This document shows, one piece after another, positions 41,722-51,857 of a stretch of 64,000 nt of DNA. The stretch comes from an uncultured candidate division Zixibacteria bacterium. GTDB taxonomy: Bacteria; Zixibacteria; MSB-5A5; GN15; FEB-12. Position numbers and translations under genes: made by a program. The stretch spans positions 576,001 to 640,000 of the forward strand of contig CAVTJJ010000003.1 in NCBI GenBank assembly GCA_963735035.1, written 5' to 3'. The number at the start of each line of letters is the position of its first letter. Position 1 is the first letter of the stretch. The notes below the pieces were generated by a model, which ran no database searches, was not told where the DNA came from, and saw nothing but the letters and a program-made list of their open reading frames with translations.

Positions 41722-42111
41722 TTACCGCGCAAAGATAAGAGCAACCGCGACAACCACGGCGATAGCCACAAAGATTATCGCCACCAAGCCGCCTTCACCC
41801 ATACCGACACTAGTCCGGTACGGATCGCAATTGAGCGATTGGTCCTGACTGCGCCGCTCGATCTTCCGCTTGAACCGAATGCGGTTATTGTCGAACTTCT
41901 CGATCATTTCCCACCCGGCCCGAGCTTCGTCGGTACAAAGTCTTTGCACCGCCTCGCGATTCGAGAACTTGCCGGTCAACGAACGAACGATTTTGAATTC
42001 CCATCCATCAAGATCCGGGGGACTGTATTGGGTCATTTCCTCTTCCTCCTGCTGTTCGCGACGTTTCTTGGCTGCCGCCGCCGTTACTGCCGCCATGCTT
42101 CCAGCGCTCAT
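41722..42111 (-). CDS. Hypothetical protein (DUF4177-like) with C-terminal TM
   Basis: WEFKIV..GWEMIEK..FKR motif; AAAGGAG RBS. Confidence 0.7.
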   Translation of the reverse strand: MSAGSMAAVTAAAAKKRREQQEEEEMTQYSPPDLDGWEFKIVRSLTGKFSNREAVQRLCTDEARAGWEMIEKFDNNRIRFKRKIERRSQDQSLNCDPYRTSVGMGEGGLVAIIFVAIAVVVAVALIFAR

Positions 42112-42403
42112 CTGCCCGTCTCCTTTGTGTGGACGCCAAGCTAACCGTCAGAACCCGGCCTGTCAACCAGAGTGACGTGAGCCGGTCCTATAGGACAATA
42201 CTGCAGCGCCTTCTGACTATTCATATCAATCGCCCTTGTGCCCCAGGGCTTGCCCTGGGATTCAGTCTGGTGGCTCACCCGCTTGCGGGTGGGTTTGGAT
42301 GCTATGCCCTGGTAACACGTGCCCGGCAGATGCCCACATCTGCCGGATTAACGTCGGGAACAAAACCCCTCTCACCATTGTCTTTCAACTTGAAGGACCT
42401 AAT

Positions 42404-43363
42404 ATGCATACGCGAATTATCCAAAACGCCGTTCTCACGATCGGGCTGATCGGCCTCGCACTGTTCGCGGTTGGCCGGGCGCCCGGAAACGACGATACCA
42501 AAGGCAGTACCATGACCCTGAAAAAACTGACGCCTGATGAAGAGCGCGTGATTGTCAACAAGGGCACCGAAACCCCCTTCACCGGCAAATACTACAATTT
42601 CCACGAAAACGGTACCTATACCTGCAAACGCTGCGGTGCGCCGTTGTTCAAATCGACCGACAAATTCGAATCAGGTTGCGGCTGGCCGAGTTTCGATGAT
42701 GCCATCCCCGGCGCAGTGAAAGAACAACTCGACGCCGACGGTTCCCGCACCGAGATCGTCTGCGCCCGCTGCGGTGCCCATCTTGGGCACGTTTTCATGG
42801 GCGAGGGGTTCACGCCACGCGATACTCGTCATTGTGTCAATTCTATCTCGCTTGATTTCGTTGCGGCTGATATGACCGTGAAGACCGATACCGCCTATTT
42901 CGCGGGCGGCTGTTTTTGGGGGGTGGAGTATTACTTGCAAAAAACCGAGGGCGTGCTTTCGGTGCTGTCCGGTTACATGGGCGGCAAGTCCGAGCATCCT
43001 ACTTACGAGCAGGTATGCAACGGGGCCACCGGCTATGCTGAGACAGTCGAAGTTGTGTTCGATCCATCGAAGATCAGCTACGAATCATTGACCAAACTCT
43101 TTCTCGAAATCCATGACCCGACCCAGGTTAATCGCCAGGGACCGGACATTGGCGGCCAGTATCGCTCGGCGATCTTCTACAGAGACGATTCGCAGAAGAT
43201 GACGGCGGAGAAGCTCATCAAGATATTGGAATCGAAAGGGTACAAGATCGCGACTAAGCTATCGAAGTCCGACAAGTTCTGGGTCGCCGAGGATTATCAT
43301 CAGGATTACTACGCCCGCACCGGCAAACAGCCCTACTGCCACGGCTACGAAAAGCGGTTTTGA
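42404..43363 (+). CDS. msrAB: Bifunctional methionine sulfoxide reductase MsrB-MsrA
   Basis: GCGWPSF, HLGHVF, RHCVNS (MsrB); AGGCFWG, GYMGG, AEDYHQDY (MsrA). Confidence 0.95.
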   Translation: MHTRIIQNAVLTIGLIGLALFAVGRAPGNDDTKGSTMTLKKLTPDEERVIVNKGTETPFTGKYYNFHENGTYTCKRCGAPLFKSTDKFESGCGWPSFDDAIPGAVKEQLDADGSRTEIVCARCGAHLGHVFMGEGFTPRDTRHCVNSISLDFVAADMTVKTDTAYFAGGCFWGVEYYLQKTEGVLSVLSGYMGGKSEHPTYEQVCNGATGYAETVEVVFDPSKISYESLTKLFLEIHDPTQVNRQGPDIGGQYRSAIFYRDDSQKMTAEKLIKILESKGYKIATKLSKSDKFWVAEDYHQDYYARTGKQPYCHGYEKRF

Positions 43364-43409
43364 TGATATGGCCGGGGTGGCCCACCCGCTGCTATGTACT
43401 GTGTCAAGG

Positions 43410-43602
43410 GCTTTCTGTTCAGGCATAGGACTCGAACCAGTCTGCTATTCGTGGTCGCTGACTGGCAGCGCCACAGGCAATGTATCCGCTCGTGACCTGG
43501 CGAGGCAGCAGACTTGCGGACGTGGTCTCGGTTGGCCCGAGCCACAGCGGGTGGGTCGCTGTTCTCGCGTTAGCTTGGTACGGTTCCGACTCCTTGGTTA
43601 TC
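43410..43602 (-). ncRNA. Putative bridge/seek RNA of the IS110 element (ends approximate)
   Basis: Guide segments match target (43546-55, 43513-19) and donor (43442-48), flanking two analogous hairpins. Confidence 0.75.
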
Positions 43603-44661
43603 TTAGGCGGCCGCACACGGCTCATAGGCAACGTTATCAAGCAGAACCCGCCTGACTGCCAAGACCAGTCGTCGAGCTACCGCCACTATGGCTCGTTTGC
43701 CGCCGGCACGTTGCTTGATCCGGTTATAGACCAGTTGTAAGTGTGGGTCCTTCCGAACGGCAATCCAGGACGATTCCACTAACAAGCCCCGAAGATAGCT
43801 GTTGCCCGTGCCGGTAATCCGACCCATCCGGACATGATCACCGCTGGAATACTGCGAAGGTGTCAGTCCCACATAAGCCGCCAATTGCTCAGCCCGTCCA
43901 AAACGACCGACCTCATGCAATTCCAACAGCAGAGCCATCGCCGTAATAACCCCTATGCCGGGAACGCTACTTAACAGCCGAACTCGATCACGATACTGTG
44001 GCAGTCGTGACAACTCCCGCAACAGTCGTGTCTGCAACGCCAGCTGGTTACTTACCAGATCGTACATCTCCAACAACCGCTCGTAGCTCGCCTGAGCCCA
44101 GACATCTGCCAAACACACCTGTCTCAGACGCTCTAATAACGGACCGGTCCACCGACCCGTCCCACTGCACACTGAAATACCATATAAGGCCAACTCCGAT
44201 TTGATCCGACTCTGAAGACGTACCCGATCTTGAACCAATTGACGACGACGACGTAAGACCTCTCGGTGACCCCGCTGACTCTCATCCGGAACCCAGACCT
44301 TCTTCAACAACCCTAACGACAGCAACCAGGCCAGCTTCCGGCTATCCCGCTTGTCCGTCTTCACCCGATTACCGTAGGCCATCGGCACCAAGCTCGGCGG
44401 CGTTACTACGCACTGACCACCCCACGCTACCACACAGTCGTGCAGCCAAAAACCAGAAAAACCCGCCTCGTAAACCACGGACACACACCCAGGATCATAC
44501 CGATCCAGCAAACACCGCAAAGACGCCCAATCCCCGTTAATGCTGCCACAGAACAGTTCCACTTCTAACGTCCTCACCGTGACAAACCACTGACGCTTGT
44601 GAACATCCACGCCAACAAAAACAGCACTTCCCACTTCCGCTCCAACTTCGTACCTTCTCAT
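43603..44661 (-). CDS. IS110 family transposase/recombinase
   Basis: DEDD RuvC: GVDVHK, YEAG, KTDKRD; Tnp domain PGIG..YVGLTP..SSG. Confidence 0.95.
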   Translation of the reverse strand: MRRYEVGAEVGSAVFVGVDVHKRQWFVTVRTLEVELFCGSINGDWASLRCLLDRYDPGCVSVVYEAGFSGFWLHDCVVAWGGQCVVTPPSLVPMAYGNRVKTDKRDSRKLAWLLSLGLLKKVWVPDESQRGHREVLRRRRQLVQDRVRLQSRIKSELALYGISVCSGTGRWTGPLLERLRQVCLADVWAQASYERLLEMYDLVSNQLALQTRLLRELSRLPQYRDRVRLLSSVPGIGVITAMALLLELHEVGRFGRAEQLAAYVGLTPSQYSSGDHVRMGRITGTGNSYLRGLLVESSWIAVRKDPHLQLVYNRIKQRAGGKRAIVAVARRLVLAVRRVLLDNVAYEPCAAA

Positions 44662-44972
44662 CTGAGCCTCCTGTTCTAAGGATCTATCGTTGTCTTCAGA
44701 CCACGATACGATACCTTGTCCGAACAGAGGCTCAAATCACGAACAGTATCATAGTTACTTGCGGGTGGGGGTGGATGAGTTGACTATTTTTATAGCTGGC
44801 TGATCTTGTGGGGGGTGGTTGCGTCAGGTCCTGCCCGCCGCAGGCGGGTGTGACCTGACGCCCCATCCGTCACCCTGAGCTACGCCTGCCCTGAGCTTGC
44901 CGAAGGGTCGAAGGGTGACGACGAGAGACAATGTCGAAGCCGCCCGAAGGGGTTTGGTTTTGATCTACAAAC

Positions 44973-46049
44973 CTAATTCGGCGGGTGCCCGAATCGCAGG
45001 ACTCTTGTCGCAACCCCGCTGGAGTCGGGCAAACGCCGCTGACCAGCCTGCGTCCAGAGACGTTCCAGACCGGCTCTGTCCTTCCAATCTTCATATGGCC
45101 CCTCAAGCGACCAGAGGGAGTCGTGTTCGGCAAGCCGTTTGTAACCCTTCATCTCTATACCGCTAAGCATTCTGGCGGAATCATCCAGGTAGCGATAAAG
45201 AATGCTGTCCGCCATGTGTTGGCCGACAATCGCGCGATAGACAGCACTCGAGTCATTGCGTCGGCTCACTATCGCACCGAACCAGTTGTCGTAGAACACC
45301 AGAAAGTCAGCGCCTGAAGTGGGGTAGACTTTTTCGGATACGGTGTCCTGAATAACTACTCCCTCTTGAGCTGCCAGAAATCCAATCTGCAAAAGCCAGG
45401 CATTACGTTCAGTAGGAACAGTCTTCTTGCCTCTTGCACGATATGGAAGAACATCATCAGCGCTTGTCCAGCAGATTGACCGATAGGTGTCACCGTCATC
45501 AATCATCAAACCAGTGCTGTTGTACAGCTCAGCCCATTTCGATTCGTCCTCCCAAAACCTTCCGGCATCAAACAGCTTCCACAGTTCCCCTGAACGATCG
45601 AGTTCCAAATACGTTCCTTGAGCCTGCCCTGATAGGACAAAAAGGGCGTTCTGCCCAGCATAGTAATATTCCAATTCGTTGCCACTCGCGAAGTACCTGC
45701 CAACAACCAAACTGTACACGAGGACCGAATCAGACCGCGCACTAAATACGGCAGCGAACCGTTTACCAAATGTTCTCCAGAAGTCCAACGATACAATTCT
45801 GTCAACACCTACAGTATCGTATGCACCAAGCTTGCTTTCATGTCTCAACAAATGGCCAGATAGTGCTTCCCACTCTTGATCCGTAGGAGGAGACAAAGTG
45901 GCTTCATATGCCTCTTCTGCAGGACTGTTCCATTGAGGTGCCTTCGTTCGTTCTCCTGTCTTCTGGCAGGCCAGGCAAAGTACAAGCATCATTGACAAGG
46001 CTCCGAGGCTCGCAAATTGCATAGACAAGTGATATCGTGTCGAAATCAT
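44973..46049 (-). CDS. Hypothetical lipoprotein with internal domain duplication
   Basis: LACQ lipobox; two similar ~100 aa halves; GAGG RBS before ATG 46049. Confidence 0.65.
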   Translation of the reverse strand: MISTRYHLSMQFASLGALSMMLVLCLACQKTGERTKAPQWNSPAEEAYEATLSPPTDQEWEALSGHLLRHESKLGAYDTVGVDRIVSLDFWRTFGKRFAAVFSARSDSVLVYSLVVGRYFASGNELEYYYAGQNALFVLSGQAQGTYLELDRSGELWKLFDAGRFWEDESKWAELYNSTGLMIDDGDTYRSICWTSADDVLPYRARGKKTVPTERNAWLLQIGFLAAQEGVVIQDTVSEKVYPTSGADFLVFYDNWFGAIVSRRNDSSAVYRAIVGQHMADSILYRYLDDSARMLSGIEMKGYKRLAEHDSLWSLEGPYEDWKDRAGLERLWTQAGQRRLPDSSGVATRVLRFGHPPN

Positions 46050-46213
46050 AGGCACCTCTGGAATCTGCTCACAAAATCCCGCATCTTCAACTCGCATGAT
46101 GAAATAATAACGCTGCGAACATAATGTGTCAATCGCAAAACCGAAACTGCGGGATACATAAGAAACCCGCGCAGATGTGGACATCTGCCGGGCAAGCTGT
46201 GAGAGTATGAATG

Positions 46214-49200
46214 TTATCTATGTCTGCTGATCGACAGCGGCCGCGCACCATCACTGGTGGCGTTGATCTTGTCAGCCCCGGCCGATTGATGCGCAATGTC
46301 ATCATCCGTGACATAATGCACGTCGAGCAGTCCCTCGGAGCGAAGTCCCGTGCGAATGTAATTCGCTTCGGCGAGACACTGGCTCCACCCCGCAAACCAC
46401 GAGCGCAACTGCTCCTGCTGATCATGATCGCCTCGGAAATGAACGAGCAGATCGATATCGCTGCTCGGGCCGGCCGTGGCGTTCTTGGTGCTTCCGAGTA
46501 GATACATATTCACGACACCGTACTTCTCGGCGTCCATCTGACGCGCCAGCCGCTCCACCATCTGCATCCGCCAGCGCCAGTGCTGATCACTGCCAAGCGG
46601 TTCGTCTTGTTCACCGGGTTGCGACGTTCTTATCCAGCCGGTCTTTCCTTCGAACAGCCCCATGGCCACACCCATGTCGGCGTTCATCAGGATGTGCAGC
46701 ACCTTGCCCCCCGAAGTCGCCGCGACATCGATCACCCTGATCGTGTCGCTCAGTTTCGCAAACTCCGGAGCGAATTCCGCGAGTGAATTCTTGGAGTACT
46801 GCAGGAAATGTTCGTTGAAAATCGTCCCTTCGTCGTCGGGATACAACGGCAGATATCTGATACCGGTCTCGACCAGATCCTGGAAGAAATGCGTTCCGAA
46901 CGACAGATCCGGCACGTAGCTCCCCTGGCGACGCGCTACCTCGATCAAACACCCAGCGTTGCTGATATCGGAATAGGTGACACTCACGCCCATCCGGATA
47001 TCACCGCGGCTGCCCCACCGTCCGGGGCCGATCAGCACAAACTGACGCCTTGGAAGGGTTCGATTCAGCACCCCTATGGCGCGACCGACTTCAAGCATCT
47101 GGCTGCGCGTCTCCATTGCGGCGTACTTCTGCGGATCGACATAGACAATATGTGTCACATTGGGCACCTGACCGTTGCCGATATGCTTGTAGGCCGTAAA
47201 CAGAATATCATGCTGCGGGGCATTGCCCGGAATCGGCGCGGGGGCGTCGGTCCCCGAAAGATTCTGCGGCCGACATTGCAGTAGATAGAAATGACGGCCG
47301 TCGCTTGCGAATTCGATATCGACCGGCACCCCCAGCGTTTCGCGCAACGTGTCGAGAATCGCCTGAACCTGGCGGCAGAAATCGGTCTTCTTCGTCAGGC
47401 CGTCAAACGTCACCACCACTTTCTCGGAATCGAAATCGGCCTGCATCGGTGACGGCGTCCGCAGGTGGCGAAATTCGTAAAACGAAACGATATCATGTAT
47501 GCCCGGAAGGTTCGAACCGCCGTCACGGAGAAATTGCGCCAGGTCGATCGTTTCAAACGAATTCGTCTCGAGATTGATGACGTCCAAATTGCGCGGTGAA
47601 TACTTGGCGATTTCTTCCGGATCAGAACTTACTCGTATTGCCGGGTTGCGCGGCGCGAGCATCACAGGATAATCATCGCTGACCCTATCCACCGCCCGCG
47701 TACCGAGGCCGGGCACCAGTCGAAGCAACCCGTCGTCGCGCTCGATCCGGGGCGACCAGCGGAATTCATTGTTGCTGAACGCCACCCCGGCGAAAGTCGG
47801 CAGGAAATATTTCCCCACCCGGTTGCCCACGACTTCCTGAATCAGAATCCCCATCTCTTCGTTGTAATCGATCAATCCGCGCTCGGCTCGATATTCCATC
47901 GGGTCGGGACCAAACATCGACGCATACACTTCCGCGATGGCGTCAAGCATGGCCTCAAGCCGCTTCTGCTTGGATCCCTGATTGGCCAGAAAGAGGCTCT
48001 TGTACTTGCCCGAGAAAGCGGCGCCGATCCGATCTTCCAGCAGGCTGGAACTGCGAACGATCAGCGGGTTGTCACCCAGTTCGTCGAGCGCCACGGAGAG
48101 ACCGTTGACTATGTCCGACGGAAAATGCGCGCTCTTGAAAGTCTGGACCACGTGCGGATACTCGAACTGCACCTGGTTGATCGGCTTGTATTTCTGCTCC
48201 ACCACTTCGTCGAAATCATTGTAGTGCATGAAATGTATGAGCAGATCGGACGCCATGTACCAGGTGCGTGGCACTCGAACGTCCGCCAGCAACTCGTTAC
48301 GGACCGCCTTCTTCTTCAGAATCTGTGTGGCGAGATAAAGCCCGGCGCTCTTGCCTCCGAGTCGCCCCAGGCTGGCCGACGTGTACACCATGCGGCCCAC
48401 CAGATGGTAGAAATCCCGAACCTCAATGAAATTCTTGGCGACGTTTATATAAGACGGTTGATCCGAGAGAAATCGGCGAATGAGCGATACTTCAATACCG
48501 CGCGTGTTGGGCGAGGCGGTGCCACCACCTTCGTCGGCCAGATGGTGATACCTTCTGATAGCGTCGGCCACTTCGGTCAACGACAGGTTTCGATTGACCA
48601 CCTGAACCAGATAGGCCAGCTTGTCTTCCTGCACCCACTTTTGGACCAACCGAAGCGACTCTTCGTCGGGCAGGTTCTCACCCGCTATGCGTAGCACTTC
48701 TCCGACCAGAGCCGAGCTGAAACTGGTCGTCTGAAGCCTCTGTGGCTGGTTCCAGTTGCTCCGCATGATTTCATCGCCTTTGGCTACTTCGCGAGCAAAC
48801 TGTTCCAGAATGGATTCCGCCGCTTTGACGCCGGTCCAGCAGAGGTAGTTGAGCATGCGCCGCACGACCCGCAGGTACAGGGCGCGGTCCGTCTGCTCGA
48901 TCATCTGCAGCACGATCCGCCATTCCTGGCGCTGCGGCTCCACGACATCACGTCCCATGCGGGTAACCGAATCGCGGGCCTGCTGATGCGCCACCCGCTG
49001 ACCAAGTCGGTTGGCGACCGCTTTGAGAAGGCGGATCTCCTGACTCAGAAACGGACCATCGTCGGCCCGTGGCATATCCTTGACATAGTAGACACTGACA
49101 CGACCGACCACCGACCCGCCCAGCACAATATCCGCCTGCTGGCCCCAGAACGATTCGATAAAGTCTCGCGAGGTCCAGACCTGATTGTTGATTTCGATTC

Positions 49201-49399
49201 GCGCCGCACAGAATTCCGGATATTGCCAACCCGAGGGGAGTGCGTCTATAACCTTCTGACAGACTACGTCAATCGGGTCGCTCGTTCGACTCAGCGCCTC
49301 CTCCACCCGGTAGAGGCAGTTGAGCTCCTTCGCCTGATTCTGGAGTTGCTCCAGGAGGCGATGGTCGGACTCGTTTTTCGGCGGTTTCGGATCAGCCAT
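46214..49399 (-). CDS. PEP/pyruvate-binding (PPDK_N ATP-grasp) protein with N-terminal GAF-like and C-terminal nucleotidyltransferase domains
   Basis: LGGKSAGL, VRSSSLLED, AFSGKY, GLGTRAV, DIEFA..LLQCRP; C-terminal LLGSTKNATAGPSSDIDLLV. Confidence 0.88.
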   Translation of the reverse strand: MADPKPPKNESDHRLLEQLQNQAKELNCLYRVEEALSRTSDPIDVVCQKVIDALPSGWQYPEFCAARIEINNQVWTSRDFIESFWGQQADIVLGGSVVGRVSVYYVKDMPRADDGPFLSQEIRLLKAVANRLGQRVAHQQARDSVTRMGRDVVEPQRQEWRIVLQMIEQTDRALYLRVVRRMLNYLCWTGVKAAESILEQFAREVAKGDEIMRSNWNQPQRLQTTSFSSALVGEVLRIAGENLPDEESLRLVQKWVQEDKLAYLVQVVNRNLSLTEVADAIRRYHHLADEGGGTASPNTRGIEVSLIRRFLSDQPSYINVAKNFIEVRDFYHLVGRMVYTSASLGRLGGKSAGLYLATQILKKKAVRNELLADVRVPRTWYMASDLLIHFMHYNDFDEVVEQKYKPINQVQFEYPHVVQTFKSAHFPSDIVNGLSVALDELGDNPLIVRSSSLLEDRIGAAFSGKYKSLFLANQGSKQKRLEAMLDAIAEVYASMFGPDPMEYRAERGLIDYNEEMGILIQEVVGNRVGKYFLPTFAGVAFSNNEFRWSPRIERDDGLLRLVPGLGTRAVDRVSDDYPVMLAPRNPAIRVSSDPEEIAKYSPRNLDVINLETNSFETIDLAQFLRDGGSNLPGIHDIVSFYEFRHLRTPSPMQADFDSEKVVVTFDGLTKKTDFCRQVQAILDTLRETLGVPVDIEFASDGRHFYLLQCRPQNLSGTDAPAPIPGNAPQHDILFTAYKHIGNGQVPNVTHIVYVDPQKYAAMETRSQMLEVGRAIGVLNRTLPRRQFVLIGPGRWGSRGDIRMGVSVTYSDISNAGCLIEVARRQGSYVPDLSFGTHFFQDLVETGIRYLPLYPDDEGTIFNEHFLQYSKNSLAEFAPEFAKLSDTIRVIDVAATSGGKVLHILMNADMGVAMGLFEGKTGWIRTSQPGEQDEPLGSDQHWRWRMQMVERLARQMDAEKYGVVNMYLLGSTKNATAGPSSDIDLLVHFRGDHDQQEQLRSWFAGWSQCLAEANYIRTGLRSEGLLDVHYVTDDDIAHQSAGADKINATSDGARPLSISRHR

Positions 49400-49532
49400 A
49401 ACTTATAAACAATAATTCCCGGACCGGTGCGGCAAAAGCTTTCAATTGTCAGCGGATGACCCGCCTGACAGCCGCAACCCGGTCCGGGAAGTCAATTTCC
49501 AGGGCGTTCAGTCGTCGAACGACGGCAGGGTT

Positions 49533-50837
49533 TTACACCCAGCCACGCTCATGACAGGCCCGGGCAACGCGGTCAATCGCGATCACGTAGGCAGCGTCGC
49601 GCATATACAGGCTGCGGCGCTTGGCCAATTCGCTTACGGCCAGGAACGCGTTGGTCATCTTGGTGTCCAGTTCTTTCAGAACATGGTCCTTTTCCCAGAA
49701 GTAATTCATGTTGCACTGCACCTGTTCAAAATATGAACAGGTCACACCACCGGCATTAGCCAGGAAATCCGGGATAATGAAAATGCCCCGCTCCTGAATA
49801 ATCTTATCGGCTTCCGGCGTCGTCGGTCCATTGGCGCCTTCGGCAATAACACGAACCTTCTTGCTGATACCTTTGGCGGTCTCGCCGGTCACCTGATTCT
49901 CGATAGCCGCCGGGAAGAGGATATCGACTTCCTGGGTGATCCAGTCGCCACCGTCGGCGATGGAATAACCGAGGCTCTTGGCCTTGGCTTTGTCGATGCC
50001 ACCGAACTTGTCGGTGATCTTCTGCAGCGTGGCGAGATCGACCCCATCCTTCTTGATGAAGGAATATGACTTCTGGTCGTTCTGGTCCCAGCAGGAGACA
50101 CAGATTACCCGGCCACCTAGTTGCTGGTACTTTTCAATCGCGTACTGAGCGACGTTCCCGAAACCCTGTACCGACGCCGTGGTCTTGTCCAACGCGATAC
50201 CGAGCTGCTTCAGCGCCTCGCGAACAGTATAGACTACGCCGTATCCGGTAGCCTCGGTCCGACCCAGTGAACCGCCCAGGCCTACCGGCTTACCGGTAAT
50301 GAAACCGGGGAACTTACCGCCCATAATGCGCTCGTATTCGTCGAGCATCCAGACCATGTGCTGCCCGGACGTCATGACATCGGGCGCCGGAACGTCCTGC
50401 ACCGGCCCAACATTGCGCGCCAACTGGCGAACCCAGCCGCGACAGATACCTTCCTGCTCCCGTTCGCTCAGATTGTGCGGGTCGCAAATAACGCCGCCCT
50501 TGCCGCCGCCCAGCGGTATGTCCACCACCGAGCATTTCCAGGTCATCCACATAGCAAGAGCCCGAACTGTATCGATCGTTTCCGCCGGATGGAACCGAAT
50601 TCCGCCCTTGCAGGGACCTCTCGAATCGTTGTGCTGAACGCGGAAGCCCTGGAATACTTTGACCGAACCGTCGTCCACCCGAACCGGGATGAGGAACTTG
50701 TACTCGCGGATCGGCTCACGCAGAAGCGCCCGCGTAGCGGCATCCAGATTCAGCATATCGGCGACTTTGTCGAACTGGGTCTGCGCCATATGAAAGGCAT
50801 TGAAAGCCGGACCCTTGGCGGCATCGTGGCTACTCAT
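49533..50837 (-). CDS. gdhA: Glutamate dehydrogenase (Glu/Leu/Phe/Val DH)
   Basis: GPCKGGIRF, MTWKC, GGGKGG, PAPD, GFGNV, EGANGP, PDFLANAGGV. Confidence 0.93.
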   Translation of the reverse strand: MSSHDAAKGPAFNAFHMAQTQFDKVADMLNLDAATRALLREPIREYKFLIPVRVDDGSVKVFQGFRVQHNDSRGPCKGGIRFHPAETIDTVRALAMWMTWKCSVVDIPLGGGKGGVICDPHNLSEREQEGICRGWVRQLARNVGPVQDVPAPDVMTSGQHMVWMLDEYERIMGGKFPGFITGKPVGLGGSLGRTEATGYGVVYTVREALKQLGIALDKTTASVQGFGNVAQYAIEKYQQLGGRVICVSCWDQNDQKSYSFIKKDGVDLATLQKITDKFGGIDKAKAKSLGYSIADGGDWITQEVDILFPAAIENQVTGETAKGISKKVRVIAEGANGPTTPEADKIIQERGIFIIPDFLANAGGVTCSYFEQVQCNMNYFWEKDHVLKELDTKMTNAFLAVSELAKRRSLYMRDAAYVIAIDRVARACHERGWV

Positions 50838-51181
50838 ACTTCGTATCTCCCATTAACGTTGTTGGTAGTTCTACCAGCCTGTGTGACCATCGCGGCTTCA
50901 ACTCCTATGAAACTCCTGACCGCAAGCGATTCAGATAATCTTCCGTTTCGTATCGATCAGAAAACTTGAGCTTCAGCGTCACTCCAGACGAGGTGTTCCG
51001 TGCCCGCGAGCCGACCACATGCTTTCGGCTTTTGTCAGCACAGCTTCGGAATGCCAAGGAACACCAAATCGTCCGCATTGTCAAGGCGAGCCGGCACTAG
51101 ATTATCCACTTTGTCAGCGCTATCCGTTTCCAAAACGGACAGAGCAAACCACCAGAAGAAACCCCACTAACCTACTCTTAA

Positions 51182-51646
51182 TTATCGAGTTCGAATGGGA
51201 GGCAACGCCTCAGGCAGGGACTCTACAAACTGCCGTATCTTATCGCGAACGCGACGGTAGACAGCTAGCGCTTCTTCGTCTGATTCAGCCCCTTTGGCCA
51301 GTCGGGGCGGGTCATCGAACCCATTATGAATCTTGACCGCCCGCCCAGGGAAAACCGGACAGTTCCGATCGGCATCGGAACAAACCGTTATGACATAATC
51401 GAATTCGATCCCCCGAACGGCGTCGACTGTTTTTGATTGTTGTCGTGAGATATCAACCCCGGCCTCCATCATGACTTTGACAGCCAGCGGGTTCAGACCG
51501 TGGCTGTCGATCCCCGCGGAATGGGCCTCGATCTTTCCGGCTTTCAGATGCCTCGCCCACCCCTCGGCCATCTGACTCCGGCAGGAATTACCAGTGCACA
51601 GGAAAAGTATCTTCAGTGGTTTGTTCGATTTCATCATCGAAGCCAT
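51182..51646 (-). CDS. arsC: Arsenate reductase, LMW-PTP type
   Basis: CTGNSCRSQMAEG, TVC..CP, DDP. Confidence 0.9.
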   Translation of the reverse strand: MASMMKSNKPLKILFLCTGNSCRSQMAEGWARHLKAGKIEAHSAGIDSHGLNPLAVKVMMEAGVDISRQQSKTVDAVRGIEFDYVITVCSDADRNCPVFPGRAVKIHNGFDDPPRLAKGAESDEEALAVYRRVRDKIRQFVESLPEALPPIRTR

Positions 51647-51857
51647 TCGCCTCAGCCTTGACTAGGCCGCGACACAAGTCGCATTCGCGCTGAACTAGAT
51701 GTAGCTCTTTGCTGGGTTCGCGTAGACTTCCGGCCTGCAAGTATCAGGATTCGGATCACTTCATATGAATGATCCGCACCCCGACCCGGAAAGCTACGCC
51801 TATTCGGAAACCGGCGAGAGACCCGTGGCCCGGCGCCGGTACTGTTCTATGATTATT

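Larger units (their letters stand above)
43391..44757 (-). mobile_element. IS110-family (IS1111-like) insertion sequence inserted in a REP palindrome
   Basis: CT core at 43389-90 and 44758-59; sub-terminal IRs 43392-43402 / 44743-44754; empty site restores CCCACCCGC-TT-GCGGGTGGG. Confidence 0.9.
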
